A program made the position numbers and the translations under genes. Positions 38,301 through 50,833 of a DNA stretch of 64,000 nt are shown piece by piece. The DNA comes from Marsupella aquatica (Eukaryota > Plantae > Marchantiophyta), in the NCBI GenBank assembly GCA_973895155.1, contig OZ316891.1, positions 22,835,884 through 22,899,883 of the forward strand, given 5' to 3'. The notes beneath the pieces are model-generated. The model made no database searches. It saw only the letters and a program-made list of their open reading frames with translations, and was not told the origin of the DNA. Position 1 is the stretch's first letter. Each line of letters starts with the position of its first letter.

Positions 38301-38912
38301 AGGTCTACAGCATTAACAACGGGTCGCACCTGGATAGGCAGGGTGATCGGTGGTGGGGATCGGCTAGGCTGGGGCTGAGCCTGAGCCTGAACCTGAGCCT
38401 GAGGCAATTTGGGCACGGGTACCGATGGGCCGGCACCAGTTGTCGATGGTAGGGTCGCCATGAAATTTTGGAGATGCCGATAGAAATTGACCAAGGTGAG
38501 TGTAGACGGCCCTAGCGCTCAGGTAGTGTTAAACTGGTTGTCTATGGAAGCCTGGACCCGAGCGGGGATGTGATCAAAGTGGTTGTAAGTCGATCATGCC
38601 TGGGAGAGTGTAGACCGAGTCTGGAAGCCGAAGGAGCGCTTCCTAGAAGCCGATGTACTTGTCTCCGTCGAAGAAGTACTCGGTAAGTTTGTCGACTCGA
38701 TAAAGCTTGCTCTGGGACGGGAGGCTAAAGTTGAGTATATAAAGGTGACGGCCTGCTACGCGGATGGCTCTCTCATACGCTTGCTCGGTCTCGTATCGGC
38801 GCGGGTTGACGTCTCTTAAGGAGTTGGCCAAGTGACTCCCAATAGACAAGAACTGCATCCAGAATCGCAAGGCCGAACTGGACAAGATCGTGTTAGACAT
38901 CCAGGGGTGACG
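35380..38912 (-). mobile_element. Copy A of the ORF-bearing solo-LTR-like element, 5'-truncated at a copia LTR
   Basis: Starts TGTCACA (the element's GTGACA end on the minus strand). Colinear with 56630-60178 over the ORF and the ~900-bp tail; similarity stops at 38912. Confidence 0.85.
36262..38900 (-). pseudogene. Disrupted copy of the ~880-aa LTR-borne protein
   Basis: ORF fragments 38643-38900, 38261-38494, 37178-38173, 36741-37343 and the tail ending ...SGKRARH* match 56641-59283, with several stops and frameshifts. Confidence 0.9.
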
Positions 38913-39277
38913 TGTTAGGAATTGACTCTAGTTCCCGACATAGTTAGCTTGGCCTTACTAGGTTAGTTTTAACCCTAGAGATTGTTAGGAATTGACTCTA
39001 GTTCCCGACATAGTTAGCTTGGCCTTACTAGGGTTAGTTTTAACCCTAGATTACATTAGGATAAGATCTGCTTAGTTTAGGCCCACTCATCTTGGCCCCC
39101 TTGGGGGGTATAGGCTGGAGGGAGAGCACTCTCTCCCTCATTCTTCACATGTACTCTCATTTGCTATGGAGCCTTCAGGAGTTTCTCCACTCGGGGTGTC
39201 TCATCGGTGTAGCATCTGATTGAGTGTCTCTCATGTTTCCGCATTGTTGTCTAGTTCGGAGCCGACGGTTTCTTACA
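38913..39277 (+). repeat. Ty1/copia 5' LTR, same family as 5430-5531, with its first ~70 bp duplicated
   Basis: TGTTAGGAATTGACTC...TTACA, followed by AG and a PBS; aligns by eye with the reverse complement of 5430-5531. Confidence 0.88.
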
Positions 39278-39279
39278 AG

Positions 39280-39292
39280 TGGTATCAGAGCC
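39280..39292 (+). promoter_or_regulatory. Primer-binding site, tRNA-iMet
   Basis: TGGTATCAGAGCC two nucleotides after the LTR CA. Confidence 0.92.
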
Positions 39293-42200
39293 TCATGTTT
39301 GTGGTTTGGTGGTCTGGGCAGTGGTGAGAGCGATCGTTGTGTTGGATCATGGTGAAAGATTGAATTGTCGTTGACGGTTGCATGATCGTTTCACTGGTCG
39401 TTTCACATTGAAGGATTTGTGTTCAGAAGGGGTGACGGTTTTCCAATTGTAACTTCTCTAAAGTGTTGGATGTGTCACTGTGTTTTTCTGAAGGGATTGT
39501 TGGGTGTACAGTCCAACGATCTTTTATGCACGTCGGTATGCACTAAGTTCTAGCGAAAGTTTCATTACTTTTTGTTTTTCGAGTGTGGAGTAATCTCATT
39601 TTGAGTTTGCTGTTAAGAGCTTGATGCTTTAGGTTATGCTTTGTTTATGTTTTGACTCTTCTCATTGTGGGGCTAGAGGGGCCGTTTTCCTTCTCGTTAA
39701 AAGTCAAGTTTTCGTAAGCCAAAGTTGCAAAATTTTGCTTGTTGGGCTTTTCTGTTGAGGTCGCCGTTGTGCAACATTTTTTGGCGGAACGGCAGGAGAA
39801 AGTACAAGAGGACTACCAAGGCGAGTGTACAAGCCCCATCATATGTATGCCTGTACGCGGCGGTACGAGGCCAAAGGCACAAGCAGGTGGACGGGGTACA
39901 ACTGTACCCGTAGGTACAATGGGGAGAGGGAGCTCCCTCCTCATGGGAGTATTTTCCTGCAGGGCCCAAGGTCTGAGCAGGTACAACTGTACCTGCAAGT
40001 ACAGTACTTGAAAGTACTGCATTAAGTGGGAAGGGAAGGATTTGTGCTCCCTTCTTACGGGAGTCATTTTCTTTGGGCACAAGGCCCTATGAGCATTGAA
40101 GAGGGGGAGAGGGGGAGCGAGCACTCCTTTCCCTTGGGAGTTTTTAATTAGGCTCAAGGCCCTATGCTGTAGCTTGGAGAAGGGGTGAGAGGGGAGTTTT
40201 AATGCTCCCTCCCTTCGGAAGCACTTAAACCACGCATCGGGGTATAAAAGCCCCCAGAGTACCGTCTGGCCGCACTCAGTATGTCCTGCGGGGCCCACCT
40301 GGCACTGTGCGGACCTGCCCGTCCCCACTGCCCGTCCTGGCTGCCCACCCTGGCTGCCCACACCTCAGGAGTCGCTTTTCACTTGCGACAACTCCACTGT
40401 AGAGAACACTATGCCGTGAACGTTATGCCGTGATGTGATCGCATCTCTTCATGTATTCACGAAGAGATTCAGCAACATTATGTCCATCCTGAGCAGATTG
40501 TGGTCCATTCACCTTGCGCGTTGCTGTGGCCTAGCGCGCGTCAGATCAACTTGTCACCTCAACACATCTTACAACGCATCCTTTGTCCTCACCCATGCAT
40601 CGTTGGATTGCTCATGGGTCGACACAAATTGCACATTCCAATTGTCCTGATCAATAACGTGATTTTCTCTGGACTCAATCTGCTTGTTCGACTGCACCCT
40701 TCAATTAGATCTATGTGCGCTGTCTCTGATTATTGCACCCTTTGATTAGATCTATGTGGGCTGTCTCTGATTGCATCACTCGATAAGATGTATGTGTGTT
40801 GTCTCCCTGTTTGTCCCTTCTCGATGTTCTCTATGTGCGCTCTTCCACATGACTGTGGGAGAAAGGTGTATAAAGCTCCATGCTCCTGTCCATGCTCTGT
40901 GTGTTGTTTGCTTGTCTTCTTGCTGCCTACTTGCAAAGGGAGGTTTCACTCAGTCAAGAACGGACTCACTGGCCGGATCAACTGTTGTGACAATCAGAAA
41001 GGCTCCCGTCTTGCAGGTTTGAGCCTGGCAATCGCCACTGTCTTTTGAGAATCTATTCTTGACTTCACATTTGAAATTGTTGTGCTAGGTTCCGCTTGAT
41101 TCATTACTTTTTATGAGCGCAGATTCTTGTGGGGCCTCCACTCTCCTTTTGTGTGTCTTTATATAGCTTCTTGTTCTCTCCGCTTTTCCAATTCTGTCTT
41201 GTACGTGGTGAAGGTATGCTTCACTAAAATGGGTAGGGGTCTCGTTTACATCTGGAATCAAAGGTCAGAGCTCGTAGTTTTTAGTTTAGCAACATTAGAG
41301 AGAGAGAGAACCGGTGGTAGAACGGGGTGATGTACTTCGCTTCCCTCGGCAAACTCCGGTGCTTGAACAGCTGATCGACCCATGCCATCCACCCAGCATA
41401 GTCCTGGGTGATTCAGGGAAAGATGGGGATAAACTCGCTCTCTAGCCTGCTGTAGCCTATGGTAGTGGATACAAACTCCTCGGAAGTGGGAAGAAATTGT
41501 ATGATTGTGAAGTTATTGTCTATGTCTCGGAGAGATTGATTCAAAATAATGAACAGAGGTTCTCCAAAACTGTCAACGTGAATTGACCCGGATTTTGTAG
41601 ATCATCGTCGGCCTGAGTTTTCTTTTTGTCACAAGAATGTCATTATAGGGACAGAGACAACGGGCGATCGCATGAACTGGAGTAATTGGATGCTTTGATC
41701 CCCCTGCCTACCTGCTGCATTGCAAGCTTCCATCTTTTGTTCTTCATTCTAGCTTTGTTCTTTAGTGTAGCTTCCGCTGGTAAGTTAGTGCTCTAAGGAT
41801 GATAATGAGGATCATTGGGGCCTTCGACTGCATAGCGTATGTCCGCCAATGCCAAGGCTTTGAGATCTTATTACAAACTGTAGTGACCAGCAGCGCATTT
41901 TTCCTTCGGCCATTCTTCATCCTTGCTTCATCCTTCAATGTCGTCTAACATAACGGGAAGGACCCCCATCTAAACGCTCTCGCTTGCAATCAATCATCAA
42001 TCGAGCAAGCAGGCAACCGAGCTCAGTGAGTGTGTCAGTCAGTCATCACTGACTTTCCTTGCATCCATTTCCTCCACTCCGCTCCCCTCCAATCTGCTGG
42101 AAGGCTCTCCTGCTGCTGCTGTTGTTTTTCCTTAGTCTCGACTTTGTGCAGCCTCGACGGCCCAGCCCACCTCGCCAGCCATAGCTTCAGCCGAACATCA

Positions 42201-42753
42201 GCCCAGTCCACCCCACCCCACCCCACTCCTCCTAACGCCAGGCCCTTTGCTTCGCGCTTTCTCTTTCCCTTACTTCTTATTAGGGGGTCCTAAACAGCCA
42301 GGCCCTTTGTTTCGCTCTTGTTAGGGGTCCTTATAATTATCTCCTCTGTTCTATTTGCTTTTTCTTATGATGAGGTCCTTAGATATCTGCCCTTCAAACT
42401 AAAACATCACATATTGTGCCCTTCAACTTATAAAATCAATATCTCTAACTTGCAATTTCATGTAGCAAATATCACATAATTATATAGACCCCTTTAGGAG
42501 AAGTTGATAATTACTTATTTTTGTGGACTTCTAGAGTTTTTTTGGTTCCTTAGTAAGCCTTGTTGTTTCATGAATATATTACCAACATGACACATAGGTA
42601 CACCCCTCTTGGTAGAATCTTAGCTTATAGTAAGATGGCTCAGACTTTCTATTTGTTTATGTCCATGTCTAATTTGATATTCCATATGGAGCTGAACACA
42701 CATAGGTGAGTTCCACAGTGACAACCTATCAATCTTACTTATTGTTCTACATG

Positions 42754-43730
42754 TGTGGAAAGCCTTTTCTGAGGAAGTGTTCTAAAGGAGTATTCAATCT
42801 ACATTTTTCAAAACTTTTGAAACCTTTTAAGCGACAAATGAAGTTATTTAAAGAAGATGAAGGAGTTAAAGCTCTAAACCTCTTTCACATTGAAAGATCC
42901 TTTTTAATCGACAAATCATTTTCATCTGAAGAATCGTTCAGGCGTTTTAAGTGGGATTTTGATTCAACTTCTCTTAAACCGTTTTTCCTCTCCCTTTTTC
43001 CACCCGAGCTCATTAGATAGAATTTAGCTTAGCTAAACTAGTTTAGTCATCATTAAGAGTCTTAACTTAGGAAAGTAGTTGAGACTACTCACCTCTTCAA
43101 ATCTTAAATTGATAGTTAGTTAAGAAGTAGTTTACACACCTTTTCAGATCCCTTTGATCTGTGAGGGAGTATTACAATTGAACTCCTAGGCAAAATTGCC
43201 TAAACATTTTCTTTGGAAATGATTTGTGACCAATACAGGTCTTTTCCTCATGCCAGGTTGGGCTTAGGAGGAAGAATCGCAGAAATGAGAAAATGCACCA
43301 CCAAAATTTCATCGTTATTCATGATTTCCTCGTGTCTTTCTTGCAAATCTTGGAATGAATGAATACATTTTAAGAAAACATTTCTTTGGTTTTGTATGGA
43401 AGAATATGAACAAAACTCTGAAATCTAGAGTTTAGAGAATTGTAGTGAAATCCCTAATGTAAAACCGATCTCTGTTGAGTATAAGGAATTTAGGAATGGA
43501 ACGAAAATCAAACTTCTATTGAGAAAGAGTAATCATCTCAGAATTTCCATATTAGAACGATTGAGCATAAATATTTTGAGTGTTTATATAGTAGTTGTGT
43601 CAAGAAAGAGATTATTAAGATCTCAAAAACCTCAACACCATCATAAATTGATTTCCTTTATTCCCTATGGGAACGAATTCGAGTTTCTAAGACAAGTTTT
43701 ATACAAGTTTCATCTAAAACACTTACCACA
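42754..43730 (+). repeat. 5' LTR (977 bp)
   Basis: TGTGGAAAG...TTACCACA, nearly identical to 53052-54021. Confidence 0.96.
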
Positions 43731-43739
43731 TATGATTTT

Positions 43740-43757
43740 TGGCACCGCTGCCGGGGA
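43740..43757 (+). promoter_or_regulatory. PBS, Athila-type (tRNA-Asp-like)
   Basis: TGGCACCGCTGCCGGGGA nine nucleotides after the LTR, close to the Athila consensus TGGCGCCGTTGCCGGGGA. Confidence 0.85.
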
Positions 43758-44407
43758 ATAAACTAAGAGATCAATTTATGAAGACAGCGGATTGAAGTTT
43801 TGCCAAGAGATTGAAAATTGAAAAAAAATAAAAATTGAAGTTTAGAGACTACGCCAAAATTTTATAAACCGTTCGTGATGGAGGACGATTTGTGGATACC
43901 GCCCTTGGAGTTCAAGTTCGACGTACAACCATTCATCATCAAGAATGCACCCAAGATGTATGTCAAAAGGATGAGGAAGGTGCACCATCAAATCACCAAA
44001 GAGGAAACGAATACCAAGGTTCAGGAAACAGAACCGCCGACCATTGACGCCAAGAAAAAAATCGTCTTGACGAAATGAATTGATAGACGTATCAATTCAT
44101 CGGTAATTAAGATTGATGGGTATCATAGGTTGCAAATGTTTCTGATCTAAGATAGTATTTAAGGATTTGATGTTGTGCGGTAGCAGGAATCTGAATTCCA
44201 ACAACTTCAATTTAAATTGCTGAAGGAGCAACACAAATAAAAACGGTTACAAAATTTGGGGATTTTCAATTGCGCCAAATTAAAGTAACACTGTGGTTTG
44301 TAATTCGGGATCTATGGAGGAAGTCTGATACATATTTTTATTTTTATTTTTTAATGGAGTACGTTCCTGCATGAATAGTTAGAATTATGAAGTAGGGATG
44401 GATCTCC

Positions 44408-46888
44408 ATGAGTACAAACGGTACTAACCCCATAGAGAGAGAGATACGCTATCGAAATAGAGAAGAGAAGAAACGCCTTCAAGCCCAAGCACAACTTGCA
44501 GAGCAAAGGTCAATATCGGCCTCTATAGATCGAGGAAAAGCCCCTATCAACAGAGATAGTCCAGTTCCTTATGTTGATCTTACGAGATATGTACTAGGTG
44601 GTGCCATTGCTGACAAGGAAAGAACGAAGGATGATTTCAATCGCCAAGGAATAGCCGACTCAGAGATTCAGCCCGAATTTTCCACTGTAGCAGAAAAGGT
44701 GAGAAATTTAGAAGAATCAGGTACTATTGACATAGATGTTCTCGATAGTAGTCCTAGAGTAGTAATTAGTTTTGCGATTAGAAACATTTCTTTGCCTCCG
44801 ATTCCATTACGAATAGTCAATAGTCAATTTCTGCAACCCATCGTTAGATTACCTAGCACTTCGTCGTCTGTCATCATGACGACTTCCACAAGATTGAGAT
44901 ATACAGTTTTCAAAGGCAGAGGCCAAGATCCGGAGGATTGGCTGGGTGAATTTTTGTCGACTGCCAAAACTAATAAGGAGAACACCAAACCAGATCTTCT
45001 CCAAATTTTTGAAGGTTTGATGAAGAAAGAGGCCCATAAATGGTACACCTTATCTCTCACTCCTGCAATTCAAGGTAGTTGGCCGGACTTACAAACCGCT
45101 TTTCGGAAGGAATTTTGAGAAGCAGGAGCAACTTTGAGGGTACTTGCTCGGTTGAGGAGAATTTGCATGCGAAAGAAAGACACCCTAAGAACTTATTCCC
45201 AAGAGGTAAGGAAATTGATTTTGAAATTAAGACCTCTACCCAGTGATGACATGCAAACCGAATATTTTGTAGGAGGACTACCACGCGAAATGAATCGGTA
45301 TGTCAGACGAGCACACCCTGCCAACTTAGCAGCAGCGATTGAGGCTGCACAGGAACTTGAGGATACGGAGATGTCCCAGCGGAAAGAGCTCAAGAAAGAG
45401 GAAAAACGAGAGAAGGAACGAGAAAAACGGAAGCGAAAGAAGAAAAGATCCGGATCCAAAAAGAAGGACCTTACTTCTTCGTCCTCCTCATCCTCTTCCT
45501 CCTCAAGTCCTAGTTCAAGTTCCCCTTCACCCTCGTCCTCTTCATCATCAGAAGATGAATCCAGTAGTAATAGGAAAGATCGGAAGAAAATATATCATCC
45601 CACTAATAATGCATTGAAATCGCTTACAGGCGTGAAGAAAACGATCGATGATCTTAGTGGTAAATTTGACAAACTCTCGGTGAATTTGGCAGATAATCGC
45701 CCCAAGCGTAGACCACTGCCTGTGCAAAGACCAAATGTTTGGTGTGCTCGTTGTGGAGAACGAGGCCACTATCCAGTGGAGTGCCCACATATGGGGAGAC
45801 AAGTGCATTACATGGCAGAAGAATGGGATGACCAGGGTTGCTATGATGTGGAGCCTGAAGAGCTTGATTGGTACATGGTCAGTAGTCCTTCATTTCCAAG
45901 AAGACCCATGGCCCCATCAAGACAACCTATGGGTAGGGATATGGGGATGAATACGATGGCCCGATCAATGACCATAAGACCACCAGTCAAACCTCCCATG
46001 GATCCTCCTGGAGGCTACCCCCCTCGCACACAGAGGATCCCAGGAACTTGTTACAATTGTGGGATCGCTGGCCATTACGCTCCTGATTGTCCTTATCCTA
46101 AAGCACCGTATCAATATACCCCCATTTGTGGAAATTGTGGAAGTGAGGGACACTTACCCATTGAATGCCCAAAACCGGTTCAACCCAAACTAATGGTGAA
46201 ATATGTTAAAGATCCAGAGAAGAAGGACGATGCGGAGGTACGAATGATTTTCCTTGAAGATACTCACCAGGTGATGGAGAAGGAGTTGAGCGACGAGGAG
46301 GTTTCATCAGTCTATAGGACTACTACTCGAAGTGCCAAGCGAAAAGCTGAGGAGACAAATCACCAAAGCGATAGTTTAACCTCAAAACTCGCTTTCGGTC
46401 ATCAAGATGCCTCAACCACTTCACGCAAGATCAAGGATAAGGCCAAGATCAGTGATACACCGCTTGGGGGTAAGCAGGTAGAGGGCCTTCCCAAAGAGTT
46501 AGACCCTGCGTATGACAGGTACGACCCAAAGTATTTCATAAGAGATATATCGTCTGAAGCTAATGAATATATTAATCAAGAGATTAAAGCCAATGCACAA
46601 AATATTGCAGTGAAACCCAAGCATGTTTCCTTTGAGGATAAGCAAAATTTTCAGGGAGTTAGAGTAGATGAAAAAGTAGGCTATGACATAGTCAAGGATG
46701 TGGCTAATGCCCAAGCAACGGTCACTTTTGGAGAATTGTTGAGAAATAATGCTTTGTATCGAAAACAGTTAAAACCGCTTCTTAGTTCTAGGCGTAGGAA
46801 ATATAAAATGCCTCCGGTAGCAGTTAATTTTGCTGAAATAGAGGCTTTGGTGCTCCAGATGTTGAACTGCAAATCGATGGCTGTTTAG
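44408..46888 (+). pseudogene. gag (retrotransposon capsid plus three CCHC knuckles), in-frame TGA at 45116-45118
   Basis: FKGRGQDPEDWL...AHKWY...SWPDLQTAFRKEF*; knuckles CARCGERGHYPVEC, CYNCGIAGHYAPDC, CGNCGSEGHLPIEC. Confidence 0.9.
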
Positions 46889-49800
46889 TTAGAAGTGTCC
46901 CTATTGATGGTGGTTCAGGAGTTAATATTATGATAGCACAAACTGCACGTTCGTTAGGATTTACTAAGTATGAATCAACACCTAGAGTCCTTAGGATGGC
47001 AGATCAATCTAGAGTTTTTCCATTAGGGAAATTAGGAAATATTGAAGTTTTAATCGGAGGTTTACCTTTTATTTTGAATTTTCTTGTTATTGACCCTCCC
47101 ACTCAGTCAACTTTCCCTATTTTTTTAGGTCGCCCTTGGCTTTATAAAGCTAAAGTTAAAGTTAACTGGGCTAATAAAACATTCTCCTTCGGCTATCCCA
47201 AAGTCACGTTGTCATGGGATAAGATCCAACATTTGGGGGAAACTATGTCTTCAGACCCAGGTTATACGTCCGATGATAGTACCTCTACAGTTGATTCACG
47301 ATGGGTTGATGCGATGATGAAGCTCAAGGAGGACGAATTCAACTTTGAGGAGGACGTGCGCTACCTCGAAGTCTACACTTACGAAGATGCAGTGCCAGCT
47401 GAGCATGTCAGGAAAGTAGACGAAGTTGGTACTTCCTCAAGGTCTGAACTACTTGCCCCAAATCCTCAAGCGGTGTTACCTCCTAAAGTAATATTCAAAC
47501 CAAAACCGATCGTCGAGATGCCAGAATCGGATTTGGATGAATAGCAATCACAGAAACCTAAGGAAGGGGAAGTAGCCTTAGGAAAAAGCTCTGCATATTT
47601 TCAAGAATCTACTAACATGACTGAGGGTATGGTTAAAAAGAATCAATATGTTAAACTAGAATTAGAAAAGGATAAAATGTTTAACATAGGGAGAAATTTG
47701 GATGATGTTACCCAACAAGCATATAAGGATCTTTTATATGAATATAAAGATATTTTTGCCTGGAGTCATCATGATTTAAAAGGAATTTCTTCTACTTTAG
47801 GTGAACACCATATAGATTTAGTAGAGGGTGCTATACCCATTAGGCAACGTCAGTATAGACTAAATCCCAAGTATTCCCTCATGGTTAAAATGGAATTAGA
47901 TAAATTAAAAGAGGCTGGTTTTATTTACCCTGTCCTAAGTAGTGAATGGGTATCGCCTATAGTTATAGTTCCTAAAAAACCAGGACCGGATGGGAAAGTA
48001 AAAATTAGAGTATGTCAGGATTATAGGAAATTAAATGCGGCCACTAAAAAGGATTTTCATCCCTTGCCATTTACGGATACGATTCTAGATCAAGTGGCTG
48101 GTAAGGAATTGTATAGTTTTTTAGACGGGTTCTCAGGTTATAATCAGGTTTTCATTAGAAAATTGGATCAGTCTAAAACTACATTCACAACTGATTGGGG
48201 CACTTATGCATTTTCTCGCATGCCTTTTGGGTTGTGTAATGCCCCAACAACTTTTCAAAGGCTAATGACCGTTATTTTTCAGGATTACCTGCGTGATTTC
48301 TTGGAGATTTTTATTGACAATTTTTGTGTTTTCAGCAGTGAAAAGGACCATTTGGAGAAACTAAGGAAGACTTTTGCTAAGTGTCGTGAGGCTGGCTTGT
48401 GTTTGCACCCTGAAAAGTGTTTCTTTGGGATGATCGAGGGCATTTTATTGGGTCACAAAATTTCACAGAAGGGCATTGTTGTTGATCATGACAAAATTTC
48501 CGTCATCCTTGCCTTAGAAGTGCCCACTACCTTGCGGGAGTTAAGAGGGTTTTTGGGCTATGTCGGGTATTATAGACGATTTATTGAGGGATACTCCGTT
48601 CTCGCCACACCTCTTAATCAACTCCTTAAAAAGGAGGTGCCTTATGAGTGGAATGAGGCACGAGACAATGCCTTCCTCACCCTCAAACATACGTTGACTG
48701 TAGCTCCAGTTCTTCATGTTTTTGTGGATACCTCTAAGTTTTGCATAGGGATTGAGTTGAGTCAGAAAGATGAGCGTGAAAAGCACCACCCTATTTACTT
48801 TGCCAGTCGTCAACTCAATAGTGCCGAGCAAAATTATTCCACCACTGAACGTGAAGCTCTGGGCATTGTTTTTTCTTGTAAAAAATTCCGTCACTACCTC
48901 CTTGGTTATGACACTGTTTTTCATACTGATCATAACTCTCTTAAGTATCTTTTTAATAAGGCAGATTTGTCAGGCCGAATTGCATGTTGGATTCTACTTC
49001 TTCAAGAATTCCGATTTAAAGTGGAGGTGCGCCCTGGAAAAAGCCATGTCAATGCTGATTACTTATCTCGGTTGGAAGGAGAAGGTGATACCAAAGTGAT
49101 CCCCGATGTGTTTCCTGACGAGGAGTTATTTCACGTGGAGGGTGAACAATCGCTTTATGCTGAGATTGTTTCTTTTCTCATTACTGGTCGACCTCCTCAA
49201 CACATGAATGCGGAGCAGCAGGCAGTTTTTGTACATAAGGCGGGGCCTTACACCCTCATTAAAGGTGTGTTGCATAAAACTATGCCTGACCTTAAGCTTA
49301 AGCGATGTTTGGAGACGCATGAGGTGTCCCGAGTGATTAGTGCATTGCATGAAGGGAATTCGGGCGGACATTTTGCTGTGAACACAACGGTGGCCAAAGT
49401 TCGTGATGCGGGTTACTGGTGGCCCTCCATGCATAAGGATGTACTTGACTTCATTAAAGGGTGTGACCCTTGTCAACGCATGGGGAAACCTTTACTCAGT
49501 GGAAGGTGGCCCTTAGTTCCTATAATGCCTCTTGCTCCCTTTGAAAAATGGGGCATTGACTTTGTGGGTCCCATACAACCTGTTACCCAACGAAGGAGGA
49601 ATCGCTACATCATTGTGGCAACTGATTACGCCACCAAGTGGGTGGAAGCTGCAGCGGTACGGAAGGATGATGCAGCTGTTACAGCATTTTTTCTTTTTGA
49701 CAATATTATCACTCGCTATGGGTGTCCCTTAGAGTTGGTTAGTGATAGAGGCACTCACTTCCTAAATAGCACTATAGAGCTTCTCACCACCACTTACCTG

Positions 49801-50415
49801 ATCAAGCACCGAAAAACTACTCCCTATAACCCTAAGGCAAATGGTTTGACGGAGAGGGCTAATGGCATCATTTGTAAAATTCTCACAAAAATCGTTTCTG
49901 CACATAAAAGTGACTGGGACATGAAGTTAGCATCTGCACTATGGGCATATAGAACTGCCCAGAAAATCACCACAAAAAGAACTCCTTTTTACATGGTTTA
50001 TGGGATGGACTCTATTGTTCCTATAGAGTTCAGTTTGCCCACTGCACGAATTTTAGAAGATAGACGTTTACCCCCTGAAGAAAGCCAATTAATTAGATTA
50101 GCCGAATTAGAACATTTGGAGGAAAATCGTCTTTATGCACTCACCCATACTCATGTTCAGCAAGCACGTAGGAAGATGAATTATGATAAGAAGTTGAAGC
50201 CAACAACCATTAAGGAAGGAGATTTAGTTCTACTATATGATAATTGTTATTTGAAATTTCCAGGGAAGCTCCACACTAGGTGGGGGGGGGCCTATGTAGT
50301 TAAGAATGTTTGGCCTAATGGTAGTTTACAACTTACCACTACTGATGGCGAAGAGTTAATTACTAGAGTCAATGGCCATAGAGTAAAAAAATACATGGCT
50401 CAGCCATTGGAGTAG
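46840..50415 (+). pseudogene. pol (protease-RT-RNase H-integrase), disabled
   Basis: Protease IDGGSGVNI...LGRPWL lies out of frame with gag; TAG at 47542-47544; RT CQDYRKLN, LDGFSGYNQ, MPFGLCNAP, FIDNF; integrase GHF...WWP...CDPCQ, WGIDFVGP, SDRGTHF, NGLTER, KLHTRW. Confidence 0.93.
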
Positions 50416-50833
50416 GGTCGTGAGGTCACTTCCTTATTTAAGGAGGGGATGGCTGCATAGAGATTAGGTGACGATAGAAGTTAAGATAACCATTTTAGGT
50501 TAAATTTTTTATTTTTTTAGCTCTTTCAACAATATCCTTTTAGGGAAAGAGGAAAAATGATTAAGAGAAGGCTGAATTGCTTTTCAACTTTGAAACGGTT
50601 CGATTTGGCGGCAAGGGAGAAATACGTGTACTGAAGCACATACATAGAGGCTAAACGAATACTTCATACCGGCTATAACGAATCAGGCTTGAAAGAAGAT
50701 TGGCAAACGCAAGAAACAGAGGGTGAAGAGTAATTGGGCCTGAATATTGAGCGCGCGAGACAAACGGAGGCCAGGAGCAAGGTGAGCTACCGATGTAGTT
50801 GAGGCGCCCATTGGAAGCGAAGTTTGAGCAGCA

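Noticed and set aside
40100-40390. GC-rich segment ending in GCGACA as the missing end of solo-LTR copy A
   Set aside because: No visible similarity to 56175-56640, and the flank (ACTCC) does not match the expected TSD (GCCGA). More likely copia leader or another fragment.
40400-42300. Left terminus of the Kolobok-like element, or a host gene
   Set aside because: I could not find a convincing TTAA-flanked TIR or a spliceable ORF, so the boundary is left undefined.
42706-43761. ORFs inside the Athila LTRs (also at 53115-54061)
   Set aside because: Short and AT-rich with non-ATG starts; they recur only because the LTR is duplicated.
46800-46890. Programmed gag-pol ribosomal frameshift
   Set aside because: No clear slippery heptamer at the shift, and the element has several other lesions, so a 1-bp deletion is the simpler explanation.
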